This document shows positions 37,901-46,580 of a DNA stretch of 64,000 bases, one piece after another. Source of the stretch: Alphaproteobacteria bacterium (GTDB taxonomy: Bacteria; Pseudomonadota; Alphaproteobacteria; UBA2136; UBA6156); NCBI GenBank assembly GCA_036261915.1, contig DATAJX010000001.1, forward strand, positions 83,875-147,874, in the 5' to 3' direction. A program made the position numbers and the translations under genes. Below the pieces are notes generated by a model, which made no database searches, was not told the DNA's origin, and saw nothing but the letters and a program-made list of their open reading frames with translations. Every line of letters begins with the position of its first letter. Position 1 is the first letter of the stretch.

Positions 37901-38390
37901 AGAGTTCGGCGCGGCAGGCGGCGGCGCAGCTACGGTGGCGGGTATCGTGCTCAGCCTGCGCGAGGTCAAAACCAAAGCAGGCGCGCGCATGGCCGTGGTC
38001 ACGCTGTCCGACCCCACCGGCCAGGCCGAGGTCGCCATCTTCCCCGAAGCCTACGCCGCGCAAGGGCACCTGGTGCGCGAAGGCAGCAGCACCGTCATCA
38101 CCATCAAGGTCAGTCAGGACGGCGAACGCCTTCGCATCTTCGCCGAACGCATCCGCGCGCTCGAAGACGCGCTGTCCGAACGCTCCGAGCTCCTCATCAC
38201 GCTGGCCGACGCCAATCAAACCATCCGGGTGCAGGATATGTTGCGCCAGGCCGGGCAGGGGGGCACCACGGTCAAGCTGAACGTGCCCACCGGGCAAGGC
38301 CGCGCCACGGTGCGCCTGCCGGGCGGCTTCCGTATCAAGCCGGGCCTGCTGGCCAACCTGCAGGGCCTTTCAGGCGTTTCTGTCCAATAA
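34947..38390 (+). CDS. dnaE: DNA polymerase III subunit alpha
   Basis: 1147 aa; N-terminal PHP domain (GYPAIGITDIGNMFG), polymerase core and OB-fold C-terminus. Confidence 0.95.
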   Translation: MAPGFIPLTVKTSFSLLEGMIQPKPLAKTAAKLGYPAIGITDIGNMFGAVELSKYLPEQGVQPILGTELPLWLPTAPGKQRQAGYVSLLVQNHTGWQNLCKLISIAQAAKLTEGRDGLDMSQLLEFNAGLILLSGPYHRGAADMWRQQGTLLENLTTLQQIFGDRLYVQLERHGSANETEIESALCAAATQLQLPLVATNDVRFFEPSQQTACEVLLSIGDSTTMADPNRRKLTPNHRLRTPAEMMELFADKPSALANTVHIAKRCAFLLQQVSVKKMYMPKWIFSEGEEVSQTIRREAEKGLQKRLVEEVLPLCDSSEAEEAAAQKYKARLEYELETLITMGFEGYFLITSDFIRWAKGQGIPVGPGRGSGAGSLVAWSLQITDLDPIRWNLYFERFLNPDRVSLPDFDIDFCQDRREEVIAYVRQRFGADRVAQIITFGTLKARACIRDVGRVLGLGYNFCGEVAKFIPEGANPPDLPTVLKTDERLRARYDEEEDVKTLLDTSMQLEGCYRHASTHAAGIHIVDRPITDVAPLYVDPRASLPATAFTWDDAEKAGLVKFDFLGLKTLSVIRLAQNMVQASHKPDFDIMKISLSDQTPFDMLKKGQTLGVFQIEGAGMTELTRKMQADDLEALSALIALYRPGPMEWIPQYINVRLGKEEPVYPHPLLKDTLEVTFGIAVYQEQVMQMARVLAGYTLAGADLLRRAMGKKQPEEMAKERTKFVTGAAVTNGIEEAMANSIFDQMSAFAGYGFNKAHSMAYALISYQTAWLKANYPLEFMASTMTYDRGDTDKILRYKQELGRMGYKLLPVSINKSGVFFEVQEGNLRHGLAALKGAGEEAMRRVVAERAKNGPYKNMWDLVSRNDPHTLNRRQFEVLAKAGAFDDFESNRGMVMANLDIYQNYGSACLEQRESGQTDMFGGSGGTPSADPYKQSLQPPLQLDVLQKLAFEQEAIGFYLSAHPLDSCQKELARLHSYKQLSEIEEFGAAGGGAATVAGIVLSLREVKTKAGARMAVVTLSDPTGQAEVAIFPEAYAAQGHLVREGSSTVITIKVSQDGERLRIFAERIRALEDALSERSELLITLADANQTIRVQDMLRQAGQGGTTVKLNVPTGQGRATVRLPGGFRIKPGLLANLQGLSGVSVQ

Positions 38391-38418
38391 AAAACAGCCC
38401 CCGCGGGGGCTGTTTTGT
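38391..38418. terminator. Bidirectional terminator between dnaE and convergent small gene
   Basis: ACAGCCCCCGCGGGGGCTGT hairpin flanked by A/T tracts. Confidence 0.75.
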
Positions 38419-38426
38419 CGTCACGC

Positions 38427-38744
38427 CTATTTTATCCAGATCGTATTCGCCGCCGCCGCAGGCCCGTCCACTTCCTCAATAGTCACGCCCTTCGGGTTCT
38501 TGGTGGCCAGCAGGTCGCGCAGCACTTCCAACCGGCCGGTGGCCAGTTCGCGTTGCGTGGCGGGCAGGCGTACTTCAAAGGTGCCCTGGCCTTTCTGCGC
38601 GGCGGCCAGAAGGGGCTTCATCGGGGCGTTGTCGGCGGGGGCCAGCCATTTGTTGGCGCCACGGTAGGTCAGCACCATGCCGTCATCGGCCTGCGCGCTC
38701 AAGGCGAACATACCGGCCAGTAAAATAAACCGGTATTTCATCAT
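38427..38744 (-). CDS. Small secreted hypothetical protein (105 aa)
   Basis: Signal peptide MMKYRFILLAGMFALSAQA; immediately downstream of ppiD on the same strand. Confidence 0.5.
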   Translation of the reverse strand: MMKYRFILLAGMFALSAQADDGMVLTYRGANKWLAPADNAPMKPLLAAAQKGQGTFEVRLPATQRELATGRLEVLRDLLATKNPKGVTIEEVDGPAAAANTIWIK

Positions 38745-40661
38745 CTATTGCTCCACCGTGTTCGGTGTCGTCCCGAACACCCCATCCAGCCGCTGCTTGT
38801 TCAGCTTCACGCGGCTCTGGCGGGTCAGGTAATCAATCAGCATGGTCTCGGTCTGGGCCTGCAACTGCTGGGTATAGGCATTGGCGGTGTTGTTGGCTTC
38901 TTCCTGCGTGGGGTCGGCTAACTGGCGGCCGGTCACCTGCACCAGGCGCATTTCATCACCTACCTGCAGCGGCACATCCAGCACGCCGTTCACGGGCAAC
39001 GAAAGCACGTCGCCGCGCTTGTCCTTCAGCCAGTCGGGCGCGGGGTTGGCAGGTCCCATGGTCAGACTGCTCATGGTGGCATTGTGCACATTCAAATTGC
39101 GGGCAACCTGCTCAAGCCCGCCGCTGCCCGGCTTGCGGGCGGCGGTCAGCACGTTCTGGGCGGCATTCAAAAGCCCGGCCTGCTGCTGGGCCTGCTTGGC
39201 GGCTTTCAGCACGTTGTCTTTTATCTGGGCCAGAGGGCGCTGGCTGGCCGCCTGCACCTTGGTCACCTGCACATAGGCAAGGCCGTTGCGGGGCAGGTTG
39301 ATGGGCTCGCTCACGTCGCCTTCACCGGTCTTGAAAGCCACGGCCATAATATTGCTGTCCGGGTGTTCGGCACCGGGCTCGATCAGGCTGTAGCGCTGCA
39401 GCTTCAAGCCTTTCTGGCCGGCGATCTTGTCCAGCGTGTCGCCGGCGGCAACGGCGTCGGCAATCTGGTTGGCCAGGTCAACCATGGTCTGGTCGGCCAG
39501 TTGGCGGCGCAGGGCGTCGGCGATCTTGTCCTTCACGGCACTCAATGGTTGCTGGTGCGGCGGCTCAATGCTTTCCACGCCAATAATGTGCCAGCCGAAG
39601 GGGCTCTTCACCGGCGCACTGATCTCGCCCACCTTCAGGCCAAAGGCCACGTCGCCAAAAGTGGCCACAACGTCCTTCTTGGCAATCAGGCCAAGGTCGC
39701 CGCCGCTGCTCTTGCTGCCCGGGTCAAGGGTGTGTTCGCGGGCGGCCTTCTCAAGGTCTTTCAGGTTCTTGATCTCACCGGCCATGCGCTTGGCCACCAC
39801 TTCGCTGTTCACCAGCACGTGGCGCACGCGGCGCTGCTCGGGCAAGGCGTACTCGGCCTTGTGCAGGTTATAGTCCTTTTCCACCTGCTCGTCGGTCACG
39901 GTCAGGCTCTTGGCCAACTCGGCGCTGTCCAGCACCAGCACGTTAAAGCTGCGCTTTTCGGCAATGGTGCCAAGGCTGGGGTTGGCCTTGTAAAACTGCT
40001 CAAGGTCGTTGTCGGTAATGGCCGGGGGCGTCGGCAGGCTGGCCGGGCCGATGGCCAGCACATTCAACGTCAGGGTCGAGTGCACCAGCGCGCTCAGCGG
40101 ACGCACGGCGGCAGCGGTGGGGCTGGGGGTGGCCACCAGTTCGCTCAACAACCGCACGCTCAGGTCCTTGCCCATCTCGTGCTCAAATTCGCTGGTGCTC
40201 ATGCCGTTGCTGGCCAGGCTTTGCTGGTAGCGGCTCAGGTTGAAAACCCCGTTCTGATGAAAATTCGGAATGGCCGAGATCTCATCACGCAACTGGGCGG
40301 TGGCGGGTATCAGCGCAAGGTCGCGGGCGGTGTGGCGCAGCACAAGGCGGTGCACCAGGTCGTTCACCACACTGGGGCCAATGTTCATTTGCGCCAGCAG
40401 GGCAGGGGGCACGGGCTGGCCGCCCAGCATCTGCTGAACACGCTTCAGGCTCTGGTCGTAGGCGCGCTGGGCCTGGCCCACGCTCACGCCTTCGCCGTCA
40501 ACGCTCAAGGCTTCGTTGCCCAGCTGGTTGGTTAAATATTCCCCGACGCCCCAGGCGCCAAAGCTCATGGCCAAAACCACCAGCATCACCTTGGCCGGCT
40601 TGGTTTCCCCTAACTTCCTGAAAAAATGCAGCATGGGCGCTATATATAGCGTAACGGGCAA
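38745..40661 (-). CDS. ppiD: Periplasmic chaperone PpiD (SurA-N domain plus parvulin-like domain)
   Basis: N-terminal membrane anchor MLHFFRKLGETKPAKVMLVVLAMSFGAWGVGEYL as in PpiD, parvulin-like segment (GDLGLIAKKD...GEISAPVKSPFGWHIIGV); likely start at ATG 40634. Confidence 0.75.
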   Translation of the reverse strand: MPVTLYIAPMLHFFRKLGETKPAKVMLVVLAMSFGAWGVGEYLTNQLGNEALSVDGEGVSVGQAQRAYDQSLKRVQQMLGGQPVPPALLAQMNIGPSVVNDLVHRLVLRHTARDLALIPATAQLRDEISAIPNFHQNGVFNLSRYQQSLASNGMSTSEFEHEMGKDLSVRLLSELVATPSPTAAAVRPLSALVHSTLTLNVLAIGPASLPTPPAITDNDLEQFYKANPSLGTIAEKRSFNVLVLDSAELAKSLTVTDEQVEKDYNLHKAEYALPEQRRVRHVLVNSEVVAKRMAGEIKNLKDLEKAAREHTLDPGSKSSGGDLGLIAKKDVVATFGDVAFGLKVGEISAPVKSPFGWHIIGVESIEPPHQQPLSAVKDKIADALRRQLADQTMVDLANQIADAVAAGDTLDKIAGQKGLKLQRYSLIEPGAEHPDSNIMAVAFKTGEGDVSEPINLPRNGLAYVQVTKVQAASQRPLAQIKDNVLKAAKQAQQQAGLLNAAQNVLTAARKPGSGGLEQVARNLNVHNATMSSLTMGPANPAPDWLKDKRGDVLSLPVNGVLDVPLQVGDEMRLVQVTGRQLADPTQEEANNTANAYTQQLQAQTETMLIDYLTRQSRVKLNKQRLDGVFGTTPNTVEQ

Positions 40662-40770
40662 GGCGTAAAGGCAAGCGCCTCACAACGGTGCCACTCCAAA
40701 GTGCGTACAATTGCATTTGCTTTAAGCTTTATGCTTTACGCGGCGCGCCGCTTCATTTAAACACCCCTGC

Positions 40771-41139
40771 ATGACACCCATCCTGCTTCTGGTTAATGCC
40801 CTGGTCGCCATCCTCATGGTCATCCTCATTCTTCTGCAGCGGAACGATCCCGCCGCGGGCGGCATGTTCGGCGGCACGGGCGGGGGCAGCCAGCCGGTGG
40901 TGCGCAATCCGCTCGCCAGGCCCACGGCGTTCCTGGCGGCTGTGTTCCTCATCAACTGCATTACCATCGCCTATCTCACCAAGGGTCACGAAAACGCCAG
41001 CACCATCATGCACGCCGAACAGGCAGGCGAACTCACCGGCGTTTCAAATACCATCCCCGACCTCCCGGCCCCGCAGGTGCCCGGTGTGTCGTCAACCGTA
41101 TCGGTCAGCGCCAGCGCGGTGGTAAGCCCCACTAAATAA
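40771..41139 (+). CDS. secG: Preprotein translocase subunit SecG
   Basis: N-terminal TM, GGMFGG..GG motif, second hydrophobic segment; conserved position upstream of pyrG. Confidence 0.8.
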   Translation: MTPILLLVNALVAILMVILILLQRNDPAAGGMFGGTGGGSQPVVRNPLARPTAFLAAVFLINCITIAYLTKGHENASTIMHAEQAGELTGVSNTIPDLPAPQVPGVSSTVSVSASAVVSPTK

Positions 41140-42848
41140 TGCGCGACGTTTCCGCCCCCATCGCCAAACCCGCCAAACCCGGCCTTAAAAAACTCCCCTC
41201 TACCAAATTCATCTTCGTCACCGGCGGGGTCATGAGCTCGCTGGGCAAAGGCCTCACCGCCAGCGCACTCGGCGCGGTGCTGCAGGCGCGGGGCTTCTCG
41301 GTCATCCAGCAAAAGCTCGACCCCTACCTCAACGTCGATCCCGGCACCATGTCGCCCTTCCAGCACGGCGAGGTCTACGTCACCGCCGACGGCTGCGAAA
41401 CCGACCTCGACCTCGGCCACTACGAACGCTTCACCGGCGTGCCCACCGGGCAATATTCCAATACCACCAGCGGGCAGATATACTGGCGCATCCTCAGCAA
41501 AGAGCGCCGCGGTGACTACCTCGGCAAAACCGTGCAGGTCGTCCCGCACGTCACGGGCGAAGTAAAAAACTTCGTCAAACTGCTCGACGGCGCGGCCGAC
41601 TTCGCGCTCATCGAGATCGGCGGCACGGTGGGCGATATCGAAGGCCGCGCCTTCATCGAAGCCATCCGCGAATTCGGGCTCGAAAAAGGCGAGGCCAACA
41701 CCCTCTACATGCACCTTACCTACGCGCCTTATTTACGGGTGGTGGGCGAGATCAAAACCAAGCCTACGCAAAACGCGGTGCGCGAACTGCTCGAAATGGG
41801 CATCAAGGCCAACGTGGTGGTGGTGCGGGCCGAAGTCACCGTGCCCGACAACGAACTGAAAAAAATAGCCATGTTTGCGGGCCTCAAGCCCAGCCATGTG
41901 GTCAGCTGCCCCGATAGCCCCACCATTTACAGCGTGCCGCTCACCCTGCATGCCAACGGGCTCGATGCCGCCGTGCTCGACCACTTCGGCCTCAAGGCGC
42001 CCAAGCCCAACATGGCGCGCTGGCAGCACATCGCAGGCACCATCATGCAGCCGCCGCGCAAGGTTAAGATCGCGGTGGTCGGCAAATACGTCCAGCTGGG
42101 CGATGCTTATATTTCACTCAACGAAGCCCTCCTGCACGGCGGTTTCGCGCACGACGCCAAGGTCGAGATCGACTTCGTCGACAGCGAAGCGCTCGAAAAA
42201 CTGTCCGAAAAAGAAGTCGCCAAACGCCTCTCCGGCGCAGCAGGCATCCTCGTCCCCGGCGGCTTCGGCTATCGCGGCACCGAAGGCAAGATCCGTGCCA
42301 TCGCCTACGCGCGCAAAAACAACGTGCCGTTCTTCGGCATCTGCCTCGGGCTGCAAATGGCCATCGTCGAGGTCGCGCGCAACGCGGCCAAACTGGCGGG
42401 TGCCGGCAGCACCGAATTCGCCACCGACATGGGCAAGGCACTCAAACACCCCGTCATCAGCCTCATGACTGAATGGGATGCCGGCAAGGTGAAGCGTACC
42501 GACAAAGAAAACATGGGCGGCACCCTGCGCCTCGGCAACTATCCCTGCAAACTGGGCAAGGGCACGCTGGCCAACAAACTGTACAAGGCCGACAAGATCA
42601 CCGAGCGCCACCGCCACCGCTACGAGTTCAACCCCACCTACCGCAAACAGCTCGAAGCCGCAGGCCTCATCTTCTCCGGCACCAGCCCCACCGATCCCGA
42701 CCTGGTCGAGATCGTCGAACTCGACGCCAAAAAATCCGGCCATCCCTTCTTCATCGCCTGCCAGTTCCACCCCGAATTCCAAAGCCAGCCGCTCGCCCCC
42801 CACGCGCTGTTCGCGGGCTTCGTGGGGGCATCGCTCAAGCGCAAATAA
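41139..42848 (+). CDS. pyrG: CTP synthase
   Basis: KFIFVTGGVMSSLGKGLTASALG N-terminal P-loop, C-terminal glutamine amidotransferase (GICLGLQMAI...HPEF); ~22-aa N-terminal extension, so true start may lie downstream. Confidence 0.9.
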   Translation: MRDVSAPIAKPAKPGLKKLPSTKFIFVTGGVMSSLGKGLTASALGAVLQARGFSVIQQKLDPYLNVDPGTMSPFQHGEVYVTADGCETDLDLGHYERFTGVPTGQYSNTTSGQIYWRILSKERRGDYLGKTVQVVPHVTGEVKNFVKLLDGAADFALIEIGGTVGDIEGRAFIEAIREFGLEKGEANTLYMHLTYAPYLRVVGEIKTKPTQNAVRELLEMGIKANVVVVRAEVTVPDNELKKIAMFAGLKPSHVVSCPDSPTIYSVPLTLHANGLDAAVLDHFGLKAPKPNMARWQHIAGTIMQPPRKVKIAVVGKYVQLGDAYISLNEALLHGGFAHDAKVEIDFVDSEALEKLSEKEVAKRLSGAAGILVPGGFGYRGTEGKIRAIAYARKNNVPFFGICLGLQMAIVEVARNAAKLAGAGSTEFATDMGKALKHPVISLMTEWDAGKVKRTDKENMGGTLRLGNYPCKLGKGTLANKLYKADKITERHRHRYEFNPTYRKQLEAAGLIFSGTSPTDPDLVEIVELDAKKSGHPFFIACQFHPEFQSQPLAPHALFAGFVGASLKRK

Positions 42849-42853
42849 AAAAA

Positions 42854-42876
42854 GCCGTCCCGAAGGACGGCTTTTC
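42854..42876. terminator. Bidirectional terminator after pyrG
   Basis: GCCGTCC-cgaa-GGACGGC hairpin flanked by AAAAAA / TTTTC. Confidence 0.75.
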
Positions 42877-42878
42877 AT

Positions 42879-43049
42879 TTAGCTGAACAGGTTCACAACC
42901 CACATGAACCACGAGTTCGGGGCGGGGCGGATGCCGAACGCAACGGCGATCACCGTCACCAGCACCGCCAAAAATATAAAGCGGCACCACATCGAATTGG
43001 AAAGTATCGGCCTTGGCTTGCGGGGCCGGTCGTCATCATCAAACGTCAT
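42879..43049 (-). CDS. Small membrane protein (~56 aa)
   Basis: ATG 43049 with GGAGA RBS 6 nt upstream; acidic N-terminus MTFDDDDRPRKPRP then one TM helix; below the ORF-track length cut-off. Confidence 0.35.
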   Translation of the reverse strand: MTFDDDDRPRKPRPILSNSMWCRFIFLAVLVTVIAVAFGIRPAPNSWFMWVVNLFS

Positions 43050-43115
43050 GGAATGTCTCCAGTGAGGGGAACTTACCTCTCATATGGGGCCAAAACCGGC
43101 AATTTCAACCGCAGC

Positions 43116-43165
43116 CGTCATCCTCGCGCCTCTTTGCGCGGGGATCCACACTTATTCTTATCTTA
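43116..43165. repeat. Dispersed hairpin repeat family A, copy 2
   Basis: GTCATCCTCGCGCCTCTTTGCGCGGGGATCCACACTTATTCTTATC, ~80% identical to copy 1, immediately downstream (minus strand) of the VirB11-like stop codon. Confidence 0.55.
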
Positions 43166-44131
43166 AGCTTTCAACTGCTTGAAGTACCCGGCCACCCCCG
43201 TGCCCTGCCGGGTGAGTTGAATGACGCCGTAAATATCGTCCTCAAGCTGGCGCTTCAGCACGGTCAACGCGCTTTCGGCCACTTCGCCGTTCAGCATCAC
43301 GCGGTTGATGACGGCATCCAGCGCGCTGGCCGGGTTGTTGGCGTGGATGGTCGCCATGCTGCCTTCGTGGCCGGTGTTGATGGCCGAACAGAAAGCGAAG
43401 GCGTTCTCCTTGCGGATTTCGCCCAGCAGGATGCGGTCGGGCCGCATGCGCAAACAGGCGTTCAATATCTCGCGTATCTCGCGGCCGCTCGGGTCGCGGT
43501 TGGCACCGCCGAAAATAAGGCCCGCGTGGTTCACATGCGGTACTTCAAGCTCCGGCACGTCCTCCAGCGTAATCAACCGTTCCCCGGCAGGAATGTGCTT
43601 CAGCGCCGCATTCATGAAGCTGGTCTTCCCGGTGCTGGTCCCGCCACTGATCAGGATGGTCTTCTTCCCCTCAATGGCGGCCACCAGTTGTTCCTTGGTG
43701 CCGGGCGGAAGGATGAAATCGTCCAGCGTATAATCCTTCCGCTTGGCAATGCGGATGCTCATGGTGAAGGCCTTGGTGGTGTGGTGCCCGGCCACGATCT
43801 GCACGCGGTGCCCGCCGGGCATCTTGCAGCTCATAATGGGGTGGCTGGGGGTGAACACCTCGCCGCTCAGGTTGGCCAGCATGCGCGCGCTGTCTTCCAG
43901 CTGTTCCTGGCTCAGGTCCGGGGCATCCACCCATTCCCAGTGGCCGTCCGGGTACTCAAAACCAACCTGCCCCGGTTTGTTGATGATGACCTCCTTGATG
44001 CCCGGCCTGCCAATATAGGTCAGCAGCGGCCCCAAAAAGCGGGCTTCCACCTTGTTCAGGCCGTATTGCGCGGCCATGGCTTCAATTTCGGGCGTCAGGG
44101 CCTTCCCGGCCTGGTTGATGAGGTTCGACAT
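43163..44131 (-). CDS. VirB11/TrbB-family type IV secretion ATPase, orphan
   Basis: VirB11-like blocks: INKPGQVGFEY, MPGGHRVQIV, Walker A GGTSTGKTS, ERLITLEDVPELEV, LRMRPDRILLGEIR, His box GHEGSMATIHANNP; start set at ATG 44131. Confidence 0.8.
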   Translation of the reverse strand: MSNLINQAGKALTPEIEAMAAQYGLNKVEARFLGPLLTYIGRPGIKEVIINKPGQVGFEYPDGHWEWVDAPDLSQEQLEDSARMLANLSGEVFTPSHPIMSCKMPGGHRVQIVAGHHTTKAFTMSIRIAKRKDYTLDDFILPPGTKEQLVAAIEGKKTILISGGTSTGKTSFMNAALKHIPAGERLITLEDVPELEVPHVNHAGLIFGGANRDPSGREIREILNACLRMRPDRILLGEIRKENAFAFCSAINTGHEGSMATIHANNPASALDAVINRVMLNGEVAESALTVLKRQLEDDIYGVIQLTRQGTGVAGYFKQLKA

Positions 44132-44282
44132 AAAACCAATATGGGGCGGGCAGGGGCCTCTAACCAACAAAAACCTCTAAAAACCGGCAATAAATACCAC
44201 CCCCTGTGGCTCGAAAACCGGGCCTCGCCACCCGTATGCCACCCACCCCGGTTCATTTCGCCATTAAGCAAAAATCCGAAAC

Positions 44283-44313
44283 AAAAAGCCCACCCGCAAG
44301 GGTGGGCTTTTTT
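44283..44313. terminator. Terminator downstream of HA-domain gene
   Basis: GCCCACCC-gcaa-GGGTGGGC hairpin flanked by AAAAA / TTTTTT. Confidence 0.7.
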
Positions 44314-44561
44314 CATTGGGGGCGCCCCGAGCGGCTGGTCGGGATATCCCATGTCCACTTCGGAATGCAGCTCAGGGCCTTGAACAACTCGGGCGACAGT
44401 TGGGCGTTCTTGTAGCGGGTGCGCATTTCCAGCACCCACAGGCCCAGCGGCCTTTCGGTCTGGAACGATACGTTGGTATGGCCATGCTTGCGCGCATAGG
44501 CCCGCAGCATCTCCAGCCTGTGCTGGGTTCGCTTACTCAGGTACGCGGGGTGGCAACCCAT
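44313..44561 (-). CDS. Stand-alone helicase-associated (HA) domain protein (82 aa)
   Basis: LEMLRAYARKHGHTNVSFQTERPLGLWVLEMRTRYKNAQLSPELFKALSCIPKWTWD matches the HA-domain consensus (..F..HGH..VP...LG.WV..QR.....L...R...L..LGF.W). Confidence 0.6.
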   Translation of the reverse strand: MGCHPAYLSKRTQHRLEMLRAYARKHGHTNVSFQTERPLGLWVLEMRTRYKNAQLSPELFKALSCIPKWTWDIPTSRSGRPQ

Positions 44562-44609
44562 GGGAGCCTCCTGCGGTAAAACGGTATGGAAGGGAGCGCT
44601 GTGTATACG

Positions 44610-45212
44610 TTAAAGGCTTTGCGGCGGCAACAGCAAACCGGCGTGTTTTACCAGCAAGGCGTCCACGGCTTCCATATCCGCAACAACCCCCAACGCGGCA
44701 AGGCTGGTCACGGGTTTGTCCAGCCCGCAGGGCCTTATCCGGGCATACGCGCCCAAATCAGGCGCCACGTTCAGCGCCACGCCGTGGTACGCCACCCATT
44801 TCCTCACCCGCACGCCAATGGCGGCGATCTTGGCTTCACCCACCCAAACCCCCACATCGTCGGTGATCTCGCCCTTCACCCCCAAATCGGCCAAAACCGC
44901 CACCATCCACATCTGCAAGCGCTTAATGTAGGCCCGTATATCTCGGTCCTCCAGCCTCACAACCAGGTAAACCACCCGCTGCCCCGGCCCGTGGTAAGTA
45001 GTCTTGCCGCCGCGCCCGGTGGTAAGCACCGGAATATCCCCCGGGTTCAAAACCTCACCCGCTTCGGCGCTGCTCCCGGCGGTAAAAACCGGCGCGTGCT
45101 CGCAAAAAATCACCTTTTCCGGCCCACCGGCCAGCACATCGGCCAAGGTTTCCTCCATGCGCAGAACACCCTGTTCGTAAGGGGTCAGCCCGGGCCACGT
45201 TTCAAATTGCAT
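44610..45212 (-). CDS. lipB: Octanoyltransferase LipB
   Basis: LipB-like (TYHGPGQRVVYLVVRL, KIAAIGVRVRKWVAYHGVALNV); start set to ATG 45212 because the longer ORF would overlap the tRNA-Leu. Confidence 0.85.
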   Translation of the reverse strand: MQFETWPGLTPYEQGVLRMEETLADVLAGGPEKVIFCEHAPVFTAGSSAEAGEVLNPGDIPVLTTGRGGKTTYHGPGQRVVYLVVRLEDRDIRAYIKRLQMWMVAVLADLGVKGEITDDVGVWVGEAKIAAIGVRVRKWVAYHGVALNVAPDLGAYARIRPCGLDKPVTSLAALGVVADMEAVDALLVKHAGLLLPPQSL

Positions 45213-45270
45213 AAGGGTATATATAGACGGCTTGCGGGAAGGGGGCAAACAGGCTAAACACAGGCCGCGT

Positions 45271-45355
45271 GCGCTCGTGGCGGAATTGGTAGACGCGCTG
45301 CCTTGAGGTGGCAGTCCGTAACAGGGTGTGGGTTCGAGTCCCTCCGAGCGCACCA
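45271..45355 (+). tRNA. tRNA-Leu (GAG)
   Basis: GCGCTCGTGGCGGAATTGGTAGACGCGCTGCCTTGAGGTGGCAG...GGTTCGAGTCCCTCCGAGCGCACCA; anticodon loop TTGAGGT; long variable arm typical of Leu. Confidence 0.9.
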
Positions 45356-45441
45356 AAATCACTCCAAAGGAGTGTTTCATAAGGGCGGAGCCGCGCCCAC
45401 CAGGCGTAGCGCGTGGGTGAAGGCGGAGATTTTTTCTCTAC

Positions 45442-45556
45442 CCGACATTCAAGCGCCACCCGCGCATCATCCGCGCTCGCTTTGGGTCTTAAAACCGACA
45501 AAACTGTACAGCAAACCGACAGCCGCGCATCACTCCCGCATCACATGCGCGCCATG
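45442..45556. repeat. Dispersed repeat family B copy 2
   Basis: CCGACATTCAAGCGCCACCCGCGCATCATCCGCGCTCG...CTGTACAGC...CCGCGCATCACTCCCGCATCACATGCGC similar to 27319..27422. Confidence 0.5.
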
Positions 45557-45626
45557 CTTTCGTCATTCTTGCACCACCGCACAAACCCCCTTGGTGTACA
45601 CCGCAAAACGTGGCACGGTGGCACCC

Positions 45627-46580
45627 ATGCGCGCGCTCATATACGTCATAGTCCTTTTGTTTCAACTGGTTGCGGCCATGCCTGCCCACGCGGCCCCCGC
45701 CGCCTTCGGCGATTCCATCGTCGCGGTGGTCAGCACCACGGTCATTTCGGGCCGCGAGCTGCAACAGCGCGTCGCCCTCACCTCGCGCCAGCTGGGGGGC
45801 GATAAATCCCTCTCCGAGGCCGATAAAAAGTACATCGAAAACAAAAGCCTGGTCATTCTTATTGACGAAGAGCTTCAACGCCAGTTCGCCGCCGCCAACG
45901 GCATCACCGTCACGCCCGAAGACCTCAAGCGCTACCGTGCCGCCGTCGGCGAGCAGGTCGATCTCACCAAGCTCGGCAAGGGGCTCGAAGATCCCCTCAA
46001 GCGCAAAATGGAAGCCGAGATCCGCTGGCAAAAGATCATCGCCGAGATCGTCCGCCCGCGCATCAACATCAGCCAGGCCGAGATCGACCAGCTCATCGCG
46101 GGCATGCTCAAGGGCCGCCACGTGGTCGAGCGCGACATCTCGCAAATATTGCTGGCGGTGAACGACAAGGCCGAAGAAGAAAAAAAGCACCAGAAGATCA
46201 TCGAGATCGCCGACAAGCTTAAAAACGGCGCCAAATTCGAAGACATGGCCAAACAGTTCAGCGAAGACGACAGCGCCAAAAACGGGGGCAAAATGGGCTG
46301 GTTCGCCAGCGGCGAGCTTAACCCCCAGCTCGAAGAAGCGCTCGATAAACTCGAACCCGGCCAGGTTTCCGGCATCATCCGCACGCCGCTGGGCTGGCAC
46401 CTGATCCGCATCGACAATTCCCGCACCACCAAGCCGCTCGAAGACAACGAGGCCAACATGGCGCAATACCGCACCCGCGTGCGCGAGCACCTTACCGCCA
46501 ACCGCGTCGAGCTCGAGGCCCGCCGCCTGATGCGCGAGATCCGCCAGCGCTCGTTCGTCGATATCCGCAAGGCGTCGTAA
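45627..46580 (+). CDS. surA: SurA-like periplasmic peptidyl-prolyl isomerase (SurA N-domain plus one parvulin domain)
   Basis: Signal peptide MRALIYVIVLLFQLVAAMPAHA, SurA_N-like chaperone region, parvulin domain (GGKMGWFASGEL...GIIRTPLGWHLIRI); upstream of rsmA as in the conserved surA-(pdxA)-ksgA arrangement. Confidence 0.75.
   Translation: MRALIYVIVLLFQLVAAMPAHAAPAAFGDSIVAVVSTTVISGRELQQRVALTSRQLGGDKSLSEADKKYIENKSLVILIDEELQRQFAAANGITVTPEDLKRYRAAVGEQVDLTKLGKGLEDPLKRKMEAEIRWQKIIAEIVRPRINISQAEIDQLIAGMLKGRHVVERDISQILLAVNDKAEEEKKHQKIIEIADKLKNGAKFEDMAKQFSEDDSAKNGGKMGWFASGELNPQLEEALDKLEPGQVSGIIRTPLGWHLIRIDNSRTTKPLEDNEANMAQYRTRVREHLTANRVELEARRLMREIRQRSFVDIRKAS

Noticed and set aside
40635-40661. 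Longer PpiD start at 40661 (MPVTLYIAPM...)
   Set aside because: The internal ATG 40634 gives the canonical PpiD N-terminus (MLHFFRK...TM helix), and the extension would place the TATATATA palindrome inside the coding sequence. Kept as an alternative only.
44586-45257. 223-aa + strand ORF overlapping lipB
   Set aside because: Antisense to the conserved lipB gene, and it would run into the tRNA-Leu region. No motifs.
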